From Terriglobales bacterium (GTDB lineage Bacteria > Acidobacteriota > Terriglobia > Terriglobales > Acidobacteriaceae): 64,000 bases of DNA. The stretch covers positions 2,850-66,849 of the forward strand of contig JBEKOW010000001.1 of assembly GCA_049521375.1 (NCBI GenBank). The letters are read 5' to 3'. A model generated the notes under the pieces. It was given only the letters and a program-made list of their open reading frames with translations. It did no database searches and was not told the DNA's origin. A program made the translations under genes and the position numbers. Shown piece after piece: positions 16,234-26,713 of the stretch (its first letter is position 1; every line of letters begins with the position of its first letter).

Positions 16234-18585
16234 TTAATCTCCCGAGGGGATCAGTTCGTCCGACTCCGTCGGGCTGGTCGCTTTAGTTTTGGTTTGGGGC
16301 ACGGGAGACCCGTTCCGAATCAACTCCCCGAGCAGCGCACGGTCCGGCCGCAAAAGTTCAGCGACCCCTTCCTTGCTGACTTGCGCCACGATAATCTGGC
16401 CAATCTCGGTGTGCACGTCCGAGAAAATTCCCAGGCTCTTCATCTTCTCCGCCTGGAACTCATTGTCTACGGTCGGAGTTACGTAATGCACCGCACTCGC
16501 CGCGTACCGATGAATGAGGAACAGTTGCATCAGCGTCATCAGCCGCTTTTTCCGGTACTGCGTCTGGGTGTTCTGGTCGCGCACGGATAGCAGATTGCGT
16601 CCACGGCGATCCTGCAAGCTCGCGAAGATGATGTTGGAAATCTTCTCCTGGGTCGCATCGTTGAGCACCGTCATTTCCAGCAGCTCCGAGCCGGCAGTGT
16701 GCGGGCGCAACTGAACCCGAATCTTGGCCGGAAATCCCCAGCGCTCGCCCCACGTCCCGAGCCACTCCTCGAGCACCCGCGGCGGAACCTCGGTTTGTAC
16801 CAGGTGCTGGAATTGCGTAGACCCCTTGCCCATGGCCTTGGTGGCCGCGGTACGTCCCGATGAAGCCATCAACGCCCCGTCGAGTCGTGGGCCGCCGACC
16901 AGCGTCTGCGGCGTCCGGTACGGAGACTCCAGTAGCCGCAGCTTCCGTTGCAGCCGCGCCAGCGCCAGCATGCCATCCTGCTTCAGGGCAGTCGCGAATT
17001 CCTCCGCAGCCAGGCCGTCGATCTGGTGGCCGCCGTAGGTGATGAAGTTGAAGACGAATCCCAGCTTGCCCAGTTCCTCGGGGAAGCGCTTCATCTGTTC
17101 GTCCGTCATGCCGGTGGTATCCCAGTTGAACGATGGCGATAAATTGTAGGCCAGCATTTTGTCGGGATACTTCGCATGAATCGCGTGCGCGAATTTCTCT
17201 GCGTCTTCCAGGTCCGCGGTCTTGGTTTCCATCCACAGCAGATCTGCAAAAGGAGCTGAAGCAAGCGATTTCGCGATGGCGTAATCGATGCCGCCCTGAA
17301 TCTGGTAGAAGCCTTCCGGCGTTTTCGGAAGTTCGCAATCCCACACGATCTGGATGCCCATCGACCGAGCCCGCTCGCGAATCTCGTAGAACGATGCATT
17401 CTTCGAGAAGCTCAACCACTCGTCGACGGTCATGTCGAAGGTCTCGCCATCGGTCGTGCGCGTCTGCAGAACGTCGGCGACCGCCTGACCGTAGGTTTTC
17501 AGTTCGGCTTCGCCTTGCCATGCTTCCATGTAACGCGTTTCGATTTTGTCGAGCGCGGATTCGAATTCGGGTGTCGTGGAATGGGGGAGGGTCTGCGCGG
17601 TTGACCGTATCATGGGCAACAGTCCGGCTCGTTGCAGCCATGCAAACGCCGCCTGGTATTCGGCTTCCGATACGGCAAATAACATGTGTCCGCGAATTTC
17701 CGCGACTCCAAGTTCAGAGAGCTTTCTGAGAATAGCGAGGTAGCCCGTCCGGTAGCTGGGCAGGTCAGTCCGGGTTGCGCCGAGAATGAAAGGCTGGTCG
17801 CGCTCATCGCTGATGTTTTCTATGAACGTTGCCGACTCCGCATCGGTCCGGTTCACGATCAGCCCGGGAACCCGCATGATATCGAGCTGCAGACGCGCTG
17901 CGTTAAGTCTGCGGATCTGCTCGTCCGCGGCAACCAGCACTTTTCCGCCCTGGTGTCCGCACTTCTTGGCGCCGGGCTTCTGGTCTTCTATGTGGTAGCC
18001 GGGCACGCCTACTTCAACAAAGCGGCGGATCAGGTTGCGAACGTGCGCATCGCCTCCGTGCCCGGTGTCAGCGTCGGCAATGATGAATGGCCTGTAATCG
18101 ATTACGGGAGTCGACTTGCGCTGCTGCTCTGTCATCCGTGAGCGCGCGAAGTGCTGGTTCTTGTCGGCGGCGAGAAGAGCGCGCACCAGTCCGGAAGCTT
18201 CGTCGGGCACCTGGCTGAGCGGATAGCTGGCGAGATCCGGGCCCGGGTCTTCATGGAGCGAACCGCGGGCTGATGTTGCCCACCCGCCGAGGTAAATGCC
18301 TTCCATCCCCATGCGTTTCATCATGACGGCCTGGCCGGGCGAGTAAGGACCAAACGTCGTGACCTGTTTGCGTTGTTCGAAAAGCTCGCGCAGCCGCGGA
18401 TAGAAGTCCTCGGCGGCACGCCGCGCTACGGTGTAGTCGCCCCGAATCGTGCCCTGCTGTTCGGCGACCTGATGCGGAGAATAGAGACGAAGAATCCCGG
18501 CAAACCGGGGACTGGAGAACCATTCCTTGGCTGCTGAAACCTGTTGCTCGAACATCCTGTTGCCTTCCTGGTTCTCGTGAGTCAT
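16234..18585 (-). CDS. aceA: Isocitrate lyase, long ICL2-type form (783 aa)
   Basis: The catalytic signature '[12 protein letters not shown]' and '[11 protein letters not shown]' are present. The length and inserted or C-terminal domains resemble the ~760-aa mycobacterial/fungal-type ICL2. The start was set at the ATG at 18583-18585. Confidence 0.9.
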   Translation of the reverse strand: MTHENQEGNRMFEQQVSAAKEWFSSPRFAGILRLYSPHQVAEQQGTIRGDYTVARRAAEDFYPRLRELFEQRKQVTTFGPYSPGQAVMMKRMGMEGIYLGGWATSARGSLHEDPGPDLASYPLSQVPDEASGLVRALLAADKNQHFARSRMTEQQRKSTPVIDYRPFIIADADTGHGGDAHVRNLIRRFVEVGVPGYHIEDQKPGAKKCGHQGGKVLVAADEQIRRLNAARLQLDIMRVPGLIVNRTDAESATFIENISDERDQPFILGATRTDLPSYRTGYLAILRKLSELGVAEIRGHMLFAVSEAEYQAAFAWLQRAGLLPMIRSTAQTLPHSTTPEFESALDKIETRYMEAWQGEAELKTYGQAVADVLQTRTTDGETFDMTVDEWLSFSKNASFYEIRERARSMGIQIVWDCELPKTPEGFYQIQGGIDYAIAKSLASAPFADLLWMETKTADLEDAEKFAHAIHAKYPDKMLAYNLSPSFNWDTTGMTDEQMKRFPEELGKLGFVFNFITYGGHQIDGLAAEEFATALKQDGMLALARLQRKLRLLESPYRTPQTLVGGPRLDGALMASSGRTAATKAMGKGSTQFQHLVQTEVPPRVLEEWLGTWGERWGFPAKIRVQLRPHTAGSELLEMTVLNDATQEKISNIIFASLQDRRGRNLLSVRDQNTQTQYRKKRLMTLMQLFLIHRYAASAVHYVTPTVDNEFQAEKMKSLGIFSDVHTEIGQIIVAQVSKEGVAELLRPDRALLGELIRNGSPVPQTKTKATSPTESDELIPSGD

Positions 18586-18720
18586 CGAAATCTCCCTAAG
18601 GTAAGTGACCGCCGCAAGCGTAGCGCCGGCGACTCGCCGGCAGTCACGAGGGCAGCCTGCCCCCGGCCCGGCGTCAAAAACAATTCGGAACTTTATATCT
18701 GTCAACAGCCCCGCGACGCC

Positions 18721-18876
18721 CTAGTCGCCCGAGGGCAGAAGTTCGTCGTCCCAGTGATTGCCAGCCAGTGACGGGTAGTACAGCGCCGACGACGCGGTCA
18801 TGCCGAGGTTGTGTCCTAATTCAAAGATTGGGTCGTCCGTGTTTCCGTTATGTCGGTTGGAAGTCGAAGTCGTCAT
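18721..18876 (-). CDS. Candidate 51-aa small protein sharing its C-terminal octapeptide with ICL
   Basis: The ATG at 18874-18876 has GGGGA 7 nt upstream. The ORF ends 'DDELLPSGD*' and the adjacent ICL ends 'SDELIPSGD*'. No family was recognised, so coding status is unproven. Confidence 0.3.
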   Translation of the reverse strand: MTTSTSNRHNGNTDDPIFELGHNLGMTASSALYYPSLAGNHWDDELLPSGD

Positions 18877-19065
18877 CGTTTTATCCCCACTTTTCCCCAC
18901 CCACAAATTTGCTTCCGGACCCTTGCCGTCCTCATGCAGTAGACCGCGGAATCCGCCCGGACACAAATCGCTCCGTCCGCCGTGTCCTACTAGGTCAATT
19001 TGACCTAGTCCGGCGAGAGTAGAGGCCAGCGGCGCTTATCGTATTGTCAGGGGTAAACTGATACC

Positions 19066-20640
19066 ATGAACACGCAGACTTTAGCGGAAACCTCAGCGCA
19101 AAATGCCATTCTCACTCCGGAAGCGCATGCCTTTCTGTCCAAACTCTCCGCGAAATTCGAGCCGCGCCGCCAGGAGTTGCTGGCCCGCCGCCGCACCATC
19201 CAGCAAAAGCTCGATGCCGGCTGGTTGCCAGACTTTTTGCCGGAGACCGAGCACATCCGCAGGAGCGTGTGGAAGGTAGCCCCTATTCCCAAAGATCTGC
19301 TCGATCGCCGCGTGGAAATTACCGGCCCGGTCGATCGCAAGATGATCATCAATGCGCTCAACTCAGGCGCCAATGTATTCATGGCCGATTTCGAGGACTC
19401 GAATTCCCCGACCTGGACGAACAACGTCGAGGGCCAGCACAATCTGCGCGACGCCATCCGCGGCACCATCGCCTACGAGAGTCCGGAAGGGAAGCGCTAT
19501 AAACTTGGCGAGAATCTGGCCACGCTGCTGGTGCGCCCGCGCGGCTGGCATCTTGACGAGAAACACTTTCCCATCGATGGACGGCCCATCTCCGGCTCGC
19601 TCTTCGATTTCGGATTATTCTTCTTCCACAACGCACACGCCTTGATCAAGAAGGGAACCGGTCCGTACTTTTATCTGCCGAAATTGGAGAACCACCTCGA
19701 AGCGCGCCTCTGGAACGATGTGTTCAATTTCGCGCAGGACGAACTGGGCATTCCCCGCGGCACCATCCGCGCCACCGTTCTGATCGAAACTATTCTCGCC
19801 GCCTTTGAGATGGATGAAATCCTCTATGAACTCCGCGACCACTCGTCCGGCCTCAACTGCGGCCGCTGGGATTACATCTTCAGCTACATCAAGAAATTCC
19901 AGGCGCACCCCGAGTTCATGTTGCCCGACCGCTCGCTGGTCACCATGGAATGCCATTTCCTGAGTTCCTACGTCGAGTTGCTCATCCAAACCTGCCACCG
20001 GCGCGGCATTCACGCGATGGGCGGGATGGCAGCCCAGATTCCTATTCGCAACGATACTGCCGCCAATGAACAAGCGCTCGACAAAGTGCGGGCCGATAAA
20101 CTGCGCGAAGTAAAAGCCGGACACGATGGCACCTGGGTCGCCCATCCTGGACTGGTTCCGGTGGCAAAGGAAATCTTCGATAAGTACATGCCCGAGCCCA
20201 ACCAGATCGCGAAACATCGCAAGGGTCATCCTGTCACGGCAAAGGACCTGCTCGAGGTTCCCAAGGGCGAGATCACGGAAAAGGGCTTGCGCTGGAATAT
20301 CGATGTTGGCTTGCAATATCTATGGTCGTGGCTGCGTTCGTCGGGGTGCGTGCCGATCTACAACCTGATGGAAGACGCCGCGACCGCCGAGATTAGCCGC
20401 GCCCAGGTATGGCAATGGGTGCGATTCGGTGCGCGCATGAGCGACGGCAAGGCCGTTACCGCCGATCTGGTCAAACAGATCGTCCGGGAGCGGGTCTCTG
20501 AGTTGCAGGCGGGCGACGCACAGAGCAAATCTGCGAATGACGGCCGGTTGCAGCAGGCCGGGCAACTTCTGGAAACTTTGATGACCGGCAAGGAATTTCC
20601 CGAGTTCCTGACCCTTGCCAGTTACGATTTATTAGACTAG
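19066..20640 (+). CDS. aceB: Malate synthase A
   Basis: 524 aa. Typical blocks are present: '[30 protein letters not shown]', '[11 protein letters not shown]' and '[13 protein letters not shown]'. Confidence 0.9.
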   Translation: MNTQTLAETSAQNAILTPEAHAFLSKLSAKFEPRRQELLARRRTIQQKLDAGWLPDFLPETEHIRRSVWKVAPIPKDLLDRRVEITGPVDRKMIINALNSGANVFMADFEDSNSPTWTNNVEGQHNLRDAIRGTIAYESPEGKRYKLGENLATLLVRPRGWHLDEKHFPIDGRPISGSLFDFGLFFFHNAHALIKKGTGPYFYLPKLENHLEARLWNDVFNFAQDELGIPRGTIRATVLIETILAAFEMDEILYELRDHSSGLNCGRWDYIFSYIKKFQAHPEFMLPDRSLVTMECHFLSSYVELLIQTCHRRGIHAMGGMAAQIPIRNDTAANEQALDKVRADKLREVKAGHDGTWVAHPGLVPVAKEIFDKYMPEPNQIAKHRKGHPVTAKDLLEVPKGEITEKGLRWNIDVGLQYLWSWLRSSGCVPIYNLMEDAATAEISRAQVWQWVRFGARMSDGKAVTADLVKQIVRERVSELQAGDAQSKSANDGRLQQAGQLLETLMTGKEFPEFLTLASYDLLD

Positions 20641-20650
20641 AACGTCAGGC

Positions 20651-22327
20651 ATGGGTGTACGCCGGGTCCCTGCCGCCACGCACATCGACGAGGCCATTCT
20701 CGCGGAACTACAGGAGCACGTGGCGGCTCGTGAAATCGAGCGCGGCCTCGCCTGTCTGGACTCGCACCAGACCGTGATAGCCGCCATCGACCCGGCGCAG
20801 CCTAATGCCGCGCGCATGCTCGTGCTTCTCGCCATCTGGAGCGATATCGGCTTTAGCGGCCCGCCCTCGGTCAAAGAACTATTGCCACGCTTTGCTGCGC
20901 GCTCCAGCCTGTCCATCTCCGATTACCTCTGTTTGCGCATGACGGAAGGCATGGTCGCCATGGCTGAAGAGGCAATGGAAACCGCCATCCCGCATTTTGA
21001 TTTCGTGCTCAGACTGCCCGCGGAACTCAATAACCCTTTTTTGCTTTCCATCGCGTATTACTGGAAGGGCCGCTGTCTGCGCCGCCGCGGCGAATACGAC
21101 GAAGCCCTCATCTTCACCGGGAAGGGAACTGCCCTCGCTCTTGAAATGGGCCATCCGCGCATGTCGGCCGTGATGCAGGTCCTCGAAGGCTGGCTCTTAT
21201 TTCAGCAGGGTAAATGGAAAGATGCTGTCCGTATCTCAGAGATAGCCGAAAGCGCACTGCGCAAGACCGACGACTACGTGACGCTCGGCAACATCCAGTC
21301 GTTCTACGGACGCATGGCCCGCCGCGAAGGCCGCTTCGACAAGGCCATCGAACTGTTTGCCGGCGCTATCGATCACTACCGTAAGCGCGATGCGCAGCAT
21401 CCCAACCTGGCGCGCTCGCTGGCCAATATGGCCCTGGCCAAGCGCGGCATCGCCCTGCAACTGCAAAAAAGGATCGACCAGGACGCGCAGCGCCGCCGCA
21501 AGTCGCCCACTGCGAAACAAAGTGGGATCAGGAAAACGCCCGTCCATCAAGGCAATTCGACGGGTGCGGATTATCGGCGGCGACTCGCCCAATTGCGCCG
21601 CGAGGCCCTCGAACACCTTGACGCCGCGCAGGCGATTTATCGGCAGCGTCCCAATCATCACGGTTCGGGCACCGTCTACCTCAATGCCGCCTACATTCAT
21701 CTGGATAGCGGTGATTTCCAGCGCGCCGAAGAAGAGTCGTCCTCGGCCTACCAGCTTGCCGAACAAAAGCACGACTACATTCTAATGGGGCGGGCCCGCA
21801 TCTTGCAGTGCATGATCGAAAACGCCAAGGTGGAAGAGGAAATCGGCGGCGGCGCCGATCCCGGTAACCACGCCCGCCGCGCCTTTGACTTCAGTCAGGA
21901 AGCGATCGAATTAGCCAAACACACGCAGCATCACATGCTGCTGGCGACGGCCTATCTCTGGCAGGGCCTCACGCAATGCAACTCGTTTTTTGACAATCTG
22001 GAGGCGGCGCGGGAGTCGTACGATCTCGCCCGCGCCGCCTGTGGCGATACGCAACCCGACAGCATATGGCAGGATATGCAGGCGCTGCGGGCGAAAATAC
22101 TTCGCAAGGGCAGTTTGGATCCGGCTCTGAAGGCTTGGTCCCAAGGCGCTGTCGGCGACAAATCGTTTCGCCAGATCAGCGAAGAGTTTGCGGAAATCGT
22201 CATTACGCGGGTCTGGGAGCGCGAGGGGCGTAAAGTGTCGCGGGTGGCGGCGCGCCTGTCGATCTCGCCCAAGAAGGTCAGGCGCATTTTGGCTCGTGTG
22301 GGGCGGCGCAAGCCCCGGGCCCGTTAG
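20651..22327 (+). CDS. TPR-like repeat protein with a C-terminal Fis-type helix-turn-helix
   Basis: The body is long, helical and TPR-like. The last ~45 aa, 'GRKVSRVAARLSISPKKVRRILARVG', form a Fis/NtrC-type HTH. No receiver or AAA+ domain is present. It starts 10 nt after the aceB stop. Confidence 0.6.
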   Translation: MGVRRVPAATHIDEAILAELQEHVAAREIERGLACLDSHQTVIAAIDPAQPNAARMLVLLAIWSDIGFSGPPSVKELLPRFAARSSLSISDYLCLRMTEGMVAMAEEAMETAIPHFDFVLRLPAELNNPFLLSIAYYWKGRCLRRRGEYDEALIFTGKGTALALEMGHPRMSAVMQVLEGWLLFQQGKWKDAVRISEIAESALRKTDDYVTLGNIQSFYGRMARREGRFDKAIELFAGAIDHYRKRDAQHPNLARSLANMALAKRGIALQLQKRIDQDAQRRRKSPTAKQSGIRKTPVHQGNSTGADYRRRLAQLRREALEHLDAAQAIYRQRPNHHGSGTVYLNAAYIHLDSGDFQRAEEESSSAYQLAEQKHDYILMGRARILQCMIENAKVEEEIGGGADPGNHARRAFDFSQEAIELAKHTQHHMLLATAYLWQGLTQCNSFFDNLEAARESYDLARAACGDTQPDSIWQDMQALRAKILRKGSLDPALKAWSQGAVGDKSFRQISEEFAEIVITRVWEREGRKVSRVAARLSISPKKVRRILARVGRRKPRAR

Positions 22328-22460
22328 ACCGGGGATGCCCGACGCGCTATTTGCGCACGGTAGTTTCCGGTTGATTCGCCGGGTATACTCTAGTAAACTA
22401 GTAGAGATAATTCTATCGGCCCTCCCCCAGGGACGCTGAACGCGAAAGGAACATCCGCTT

Positions 22461-23432
22461 ATGCACATCGCCAACAACGTGACCGAACTCATCGGCCACA
22501 CTCCGCTCGTCCGCCTCAACCACGTTACCGAAGGTTGCGTCGCCGAAGTGGTGGCCAAACTTGAGAGCCAGAATCCCCTTGCCAGCGTAAAAGACCGTAT
22601 CGGCGTGAGTATGATTGCAGCCGCTGAGCGTGACGGAAAGATCCAGCCCGGAAAGACCGTCCTCATCGAGCCGACCAGCGGCAACACCGGCATTGCACTG
22701 GCCTTCGTGGCCGCTGTTAAGGGCTACAAATTGATTCTCACGATGCCCGATACCATGAGCCTCGAACGCCGCGTCCTGCTCCTCGCTTTCGGCGCTGAAA
22801 TCGTCCTGACTCCCGGCCCGCGCGGCATGAAAGGAGCCATCCTCAAGGCCAACGAACTGCTGGCCTCGACGCCCAACGCCTACATGCTCCAGCAGTTCGA
22901 CAACCCCGCCAATCCTAAAATTCACCTTGAGACTACCGGTCCTGAAATCTGGGATGACACCGATGGCCGCGTCGACATCCTCATCTCCGGCGTCGGTACT
23001 GGCGGCACCATCACTGGCATCAGCAGCTATATCAAGCCGAAGAAACCCTCGTTCAAAGCCATCGCCGTCGAGCCCACCGATAGCCCGGTCCTCTCCGGTG
23101 GAGCGCCCGGCCCGCACAAGATTCAGGGCATCGGTGCCGGCTTCGTTCCCAGCATTTTGCGCCGCGACTACGTCGATGAAGTCATCCAGGTCACCAATGA
23201 CGAGTCGATCGCTATGGCTCGCCGCCTTCCACTGGAGGAAGGCTTGTTGGTCGGCATCTCCTCGGGAGCGGCAGTCGTCGCCGCCTTGAAGGTCGCCAAG
23301 CGTCCCGAGAACGCGGGCAAATTGATCGTGGTGATTCTGCCCTCATTCGGCGAGCGCTACCTGAGTAGTATTCTCTTCGAAGGGCTCCGGAACCAGGCGC
23401 AGCAGCTACCCACTGCCCAGCTCCCGGACTGA
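22461..23432 (+). CDS. cysK: Cysteine synthase A (O-acetylserine sulfhydrylase)
   Basis: '[11 protein letters not shown]' carries the PLP Lys, with '[10 protein letters not shown]' and '[10 protein letters not shown]' also present. Confidence 0.9.
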   Translation: MHIANNVTELIGHTPLVRLNHVTEGCVAEVVAKLESQNPLASVKDRIGVSMIAAAERDGKIQPGKTVLIEPTSGNTGIALAFVAAVKGYKLILTMPDTMSLERRVLLLAFGAEIVLTPGPRGMKGAILKANELLASTPNAYMLQQFDNPANPKIHLETTGPEIWDDTDGRVDILISGVGTGGTITGISSYIKPKKPSFKAIAVEPTDSPVLSGGAPGPHKIQGIGAGFVPSILRRDYVDEVIQVTNDESIAMARRLPLEEGLLVGISSGAAVVAALKVAKRPENAGKLIVVILPSFGERYLSSILFEGLRNQAQQLPTAQLPD

Positions 23433-23435
23433 TCC

Positions 23436-24146
23436 ATGCCGCATCTGCTCTCCCATATTCGCGAGGATATCGCCACCGTAATGCAATCCGACCCGGCGGC
23501 CCGCTCGGGCGTGGAAGTTTTTATCCTCTACTCCGGATTGCATGCGGTTTGGTTTCAGCGCATCACGCATTGGCTCTGGAATCACAATTTCCTGTTCCTC
23601 GCGCGCTCGGTTTCGCAGTTAGCCCGCTGGCTTACCGGAATTGAAATTCATCCCGGCGCGCGCATCGGTCGCCGTTTGTTTATCGATCACGGCATGGGAG
23701 TGGTCATTGGCGAAACCTCCGTCATCGGCGACGATGTCACGCTCTACCAGGGCGTAACGCTCGGCGGCACCGGCAAGGAGCATGGCAAGCGCCATCCCAC
23801 TCTGCTCGACAATGTGGTCGTCGGCAGCGGCGCGAAAATTCTCGGCAACATCACCGTCGGAAGCAACTGCCGTATCGGCGCCGGTTCGGTCGTGCTCCGC
23901 AGCGTGCCCGACAATTCAACCGTCGTTGGAGTCCCCGGGCACATCATTCTGAGGGAAGGGAAGCGCGTCGTCATCACCGATCCCAAGCAGATCAACGACC
24001 CGCTCTCCGAAGCCCTCGCTGCGGTCGCGAACGAGGTAGCCAAACTGCGCGAGCGCGTGCAACAACTGGAGGGTGCCGACTCGCTGCACGAACCCCTTTC
24101 CGCCTCCATGCAGCGCATCATCGAGGACATCGACTACCAGATTTAG
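23436..24146 (+). CDS. cysE: Serine O-acetyltransferase
   Basis: '[42 protein letters not shown]' is a hexapeptide-repeat left-handed helix. It starts 3 nt after cysK. Confidence 0.9.
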   Translation: MPHLLSHIREDIATVMQSDPAARSGVEVFILYSGLHAVWFQRITHWLWNHNFLFLARSVSQLARWLTGIEIHPGARIGRRLFIDHGMGVVIGETSVIGDDVTLYQGVTLGGTGKEHGKRHPTLLDNVVVGSGAKILGNITVGSNCRIGAGSVVLRSVPDNSTVVGVPGHIILREGKRVVITDPKQINDPLSEALAAVANEVAKLRERVQQLEGADSLHEPLSASMQRIIEDIDYQI

Positions 24147-24151
24147 GTCCG

Positions 24152-24604
24152 CTACTTCGCGTCCAGGTCCATCGTCTTGATGGGCAGGTCCCAGTGTCCG
24201 TCGAGAATCGCAAACCGCCGCTGTTCTTCCTTCGCATAGGTCGCCTGGTCCGGCCAGAGTTGTTTCTTGAGCGCGTCCTCATCGAAAGGCTCATTCGCGG
24301 CCGCCGAGTTCTTAAAGACAATCGTGACTCGATAATCCCATCGCCCGTCTTCGGTGGTGTGGTAGCGCGGCTGGTCCATCCAGACCTTCAGCATCCTGCC
24401 CATTTCGACTTGCTTCTTCAAGAGCGGGTAGTGGTTCTTCTTGAAGAGCTGCAGGAATTCGTCCGCATATCCCCACTTGGCTTTGTAGTAGTACTCGATA
24501 ACGAAAGGTTTGCCGCCGCTCTCCGCGTTGGTCTGCGCGGGTAAAAGCGCGGGCATCAGCGTCAGCAGGAAAAACGGCAGCAGAAATCTGAATTTCAATT
24601 TCAT
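24152..24604 (-). CDS. Hypothetical secreted protein (150 aa)
   Basis: The signal peptide 'MKLKFRFLLPFFLLTLMPALLPAQ' follows the ATG at 24602-24604. No family was recognised with confidence. Confidence 0.5.
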   Translation of the reverse strand: MKLKFRFLLPFFLLTLMPALLPAQTNAESGGKPFVIEYYYKAKWGYADEFLQLFKKNHYPLLKKQVEMGRMLKVWMDQPRYHTTEDGRWDYRVTIVFKNSAAANEPFDEDALKKQLWPDQATYAKEEQRRFAILDGHWDLPIKTMDLDAK

Positions 24605-24715
24605 GGTCGCCTCCGGGAGCAACGATTCTCACACAACTTCCGCGTGCTTTCAAAAGAGTAGCGCCGGCGCCCCGCCCTCGACACATGAACTCCCGCACCA
24701 ACCCGCCCCAGCCGA

Positions 24716-25597
24716 ATGTTAAAATTGCATGTGCCTGCCCATTCTCTCCGCCTGATTGCCATCGATATCGACGGCACACTGCTCAATCCCCAGTTCAAAA
24801 TTTCTGACGCCGACCTGTCCGCTCTCCGCCGTGCCCACGCCCAGGGCATCGAAGTCATCCTCGTCACCGGACGCCGCCACGCCTTCGCCCTCCCGATCGC
24901 CCAACAACTCGGCTTCGATCTCTGGCTCATCAGTTCCAATGGCGCGATCACCCGTTCGCTCGCCGGAGAGACCTTTCACCGCGATCTCCTGCCCCATCCC
25001 ACCTGCCGCGATCTGGTCAAAGCCATGCAAGAATTCCGCGGCCAGACCGTTCTCACTTTTGACAACAGCGATGCAGGCACAATTGTGCTCGAACGCCTGG
25101 AAGAACTCGAAAGCAGCATCCAGCACTGGCTCGAAAAAAACATGGAGTACATCCAGTTTGTAGTCCCGCTCGAAGACTCTCTGACCACCGACCCCGTGCA
25201 GGCCATGTTCTGCGGCCCGGTCGCTCGGATGCAGCAGGCGCAGGCAGTCCTCGCCAGTTGCGGTCTCCCCATCACCGTCCTGCGCACTGAATATCCTGGC
25301 CGCGATCTTTCCATCGTCGACGTGCTCAACACCGGCTGTTCCAAGGGACACGCGCTCGAACGTTGGGTGAACTACCGCCGCATCACCCGCGAGCAGGTCA
25401 TGGCCATTGGTGATAACTACAACGACATTGAAATGCTCGCTTTCGCCGGCCAACCCTTTATCATGGGAAATGCGTCCCCAGAGTTGCGCGACCGGGGCTG
25501 GCGTCTGACGCGCTCCAACGCCGACAGCGGAGTGGCCGCAGCGATAGAGTTCGTACTGGACGGCAAAGCGCTGGAACCGGCAGTAGCAAGTCGGTAG
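24716..25597 (+). CDS. Cof-type HAD-IIB phosphatase
   Basis: HAD motif I 'IAIDIDGTLL', 'LVTGR' and motif IV 'AIGDNYNDIEML' are present. Confidence 0.8.
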   Translation: MLKLHVPAHSLRLIAIDIDGTLLNPQFKISDADLSALRRAHAQGIEVILVTGRRHAFALPIAQQLGFDLWLISSNGAITRSLAGETFHRDLLPHPTCRDLVKAMQEFRGQTVLTFDNSDAGTIVLERLEELESSIQHWLEKNMEYIQFVVPLEDSLTTDPVQAMFCGPVARMQQAQAVLASCGLPITVLRTEYPGRDLSIVDVLNTGCSKGHALERWVNYRRITREQVMAIGDNYNDIEMLAFAGQPFIMGNASPELRDRGWRLTRSNADSGVAAAIEFVLDGKALEPAVASR

Positions 25598-25710
25598 CGC
25601 AGGCAACTTGCCGGCAGTTTTTGGAGAGTAGCGCAGGCTACCCGCCGGCAGTCGTAGGGGCGTCTCGCCCCCCCATTAGTCGCAACGGAACGGCGGCCTA
25701 AAATGAACGA

Positions 25711-26640
25711 ATGGGTAACGCGAGTCCAGTGAAATCATCGAAGCGAAACCCGGCCGCAATCCTGACCACAATTTGCTGCGTGCTCGCGTCGCTCATCATT
25801 CCCGCCCCGGCCGCCGAACTCGCTGTCCTCCGCAACGGTTTCAGCATCCGCCACGACCACCACAAAATTGTCGGCGACACCACGCGCCTCTTTCTCTCCC
25901 CGGACGAATCCAGCTTCACCGACGTCTCGACCGCCGACATTACCGGATTCGAGAAAGATCTCTCGTTGCCCGCGCCGGTGCTCGCTCCTGCGCCGGGAGG
26001 GAATTCATCGCCCGCTGCGAACTTGACGACGGCACCGCATCCTGCACCCGATCTGGACCAGGTTGTCAACTCCGCCAGCGCCGCTTATCATCTCGACCCT
26101 GATCTCGTGAACAGCGTCATTCACGCCGAAAGCGGATTCAACGCTCACGCAGTCTCGCCCAAAGGCGCGCGTGGATTGATGCAGCTCATGCCCTCGACCG
26201 CGAACGCCTTGGGAGTCCGCGACGCCTTCGACCCCGAGGCCAATGTGGGCGGTGGCAGCCGTTACCTGCGCGAACTGCTGGAGCGTTACAACTTCGATCT
26301 GGTCAAGGCGCTCGCCGCCTACAACGCAGGACCGGAGCGCGTCGAACAGTATCGCGGAGTGCCCCCTTTCCACGAGACTCGCGCCTACGTGGCGCGCATC
26401 GTCCGCGATTACAACCGCAAGAAAATCGCCCAGGAAAAAGCCGCTGCGCAGGCCCACAAGCCGGAAGCTGCGCCGAAGAAGAAATCTGAAACTGCGGTCG
26501 TCTCCAAACCAGCCACGCGTTCCGCTGGCCCGATCCGTAGAGCAGAGCCCGGCTCGCAACAAGCTATTTTGTCATCCTCGCAACTGCCTGCTAGTTCGGC
26601 CCGCACTGCTAGCGGCGCTCCTCCTGCTTCCGCGCATTGA
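25711..26640 (+). CDS. Lytic transglycosylase (SLT domain) with a Pro/Ala-rich tail
   Basis: 'VIHAESGFNAHAVSPKGARGLMQLMPSTA' carries the catalytic Glu and 'AYNAGPERV' is also present. Confidence 0.8.
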   Translation: MGNASPVKSSKRNPAAILTTICCVLASLIIPAPAAELAVLRNGFSIRHDHHKIVGDTTRLFLSPDESSFTDVSTADITGFEKDLSLPAPVLAPAPGGNSSPAANLTTAPHPAPDLDQVVNSASAAYHLDPDLVNSVIHAESGFNAHAVSPKGARGLMQLMPSTANALGVRDAFDPEANVGGGSRYLRELLERYNFDLVKALAAYNAGPERVEQYRGVPPFHETRAYVARIVRDYNRKKIAQEKAAAQAHKPEAAPKKKSETAVVSKPATRSAGPIRRAEPGSQQAILSSSQLPASSARTASGAPPASAH

Positions 26641-26713
26641 CCCTCCCGTCTCGCTCATTTACCTTCAAGTGGGGCCGTGCTCACCTTAAGTGTGCCTCTC
26701 CTTTTCGGACCGG

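Noticed and set aside
14838-18705. Genomic island integrated at tRNA-Gln
   Set aside because: There is no integrase, no duplicated tRNA 3' end and no compositional break downstream. The following genes (BNR protein, aceA) look like core genes.
24719-25606. Full-length mirror ORF (295 aa, minus strand) covering the Cof-type HAD gene
   Set aside because: The plus-strand frame carries all the HAD motifs (DIDGTL, GDNYND). The minus-strand translation has no recognisable motif and a skewed composition.
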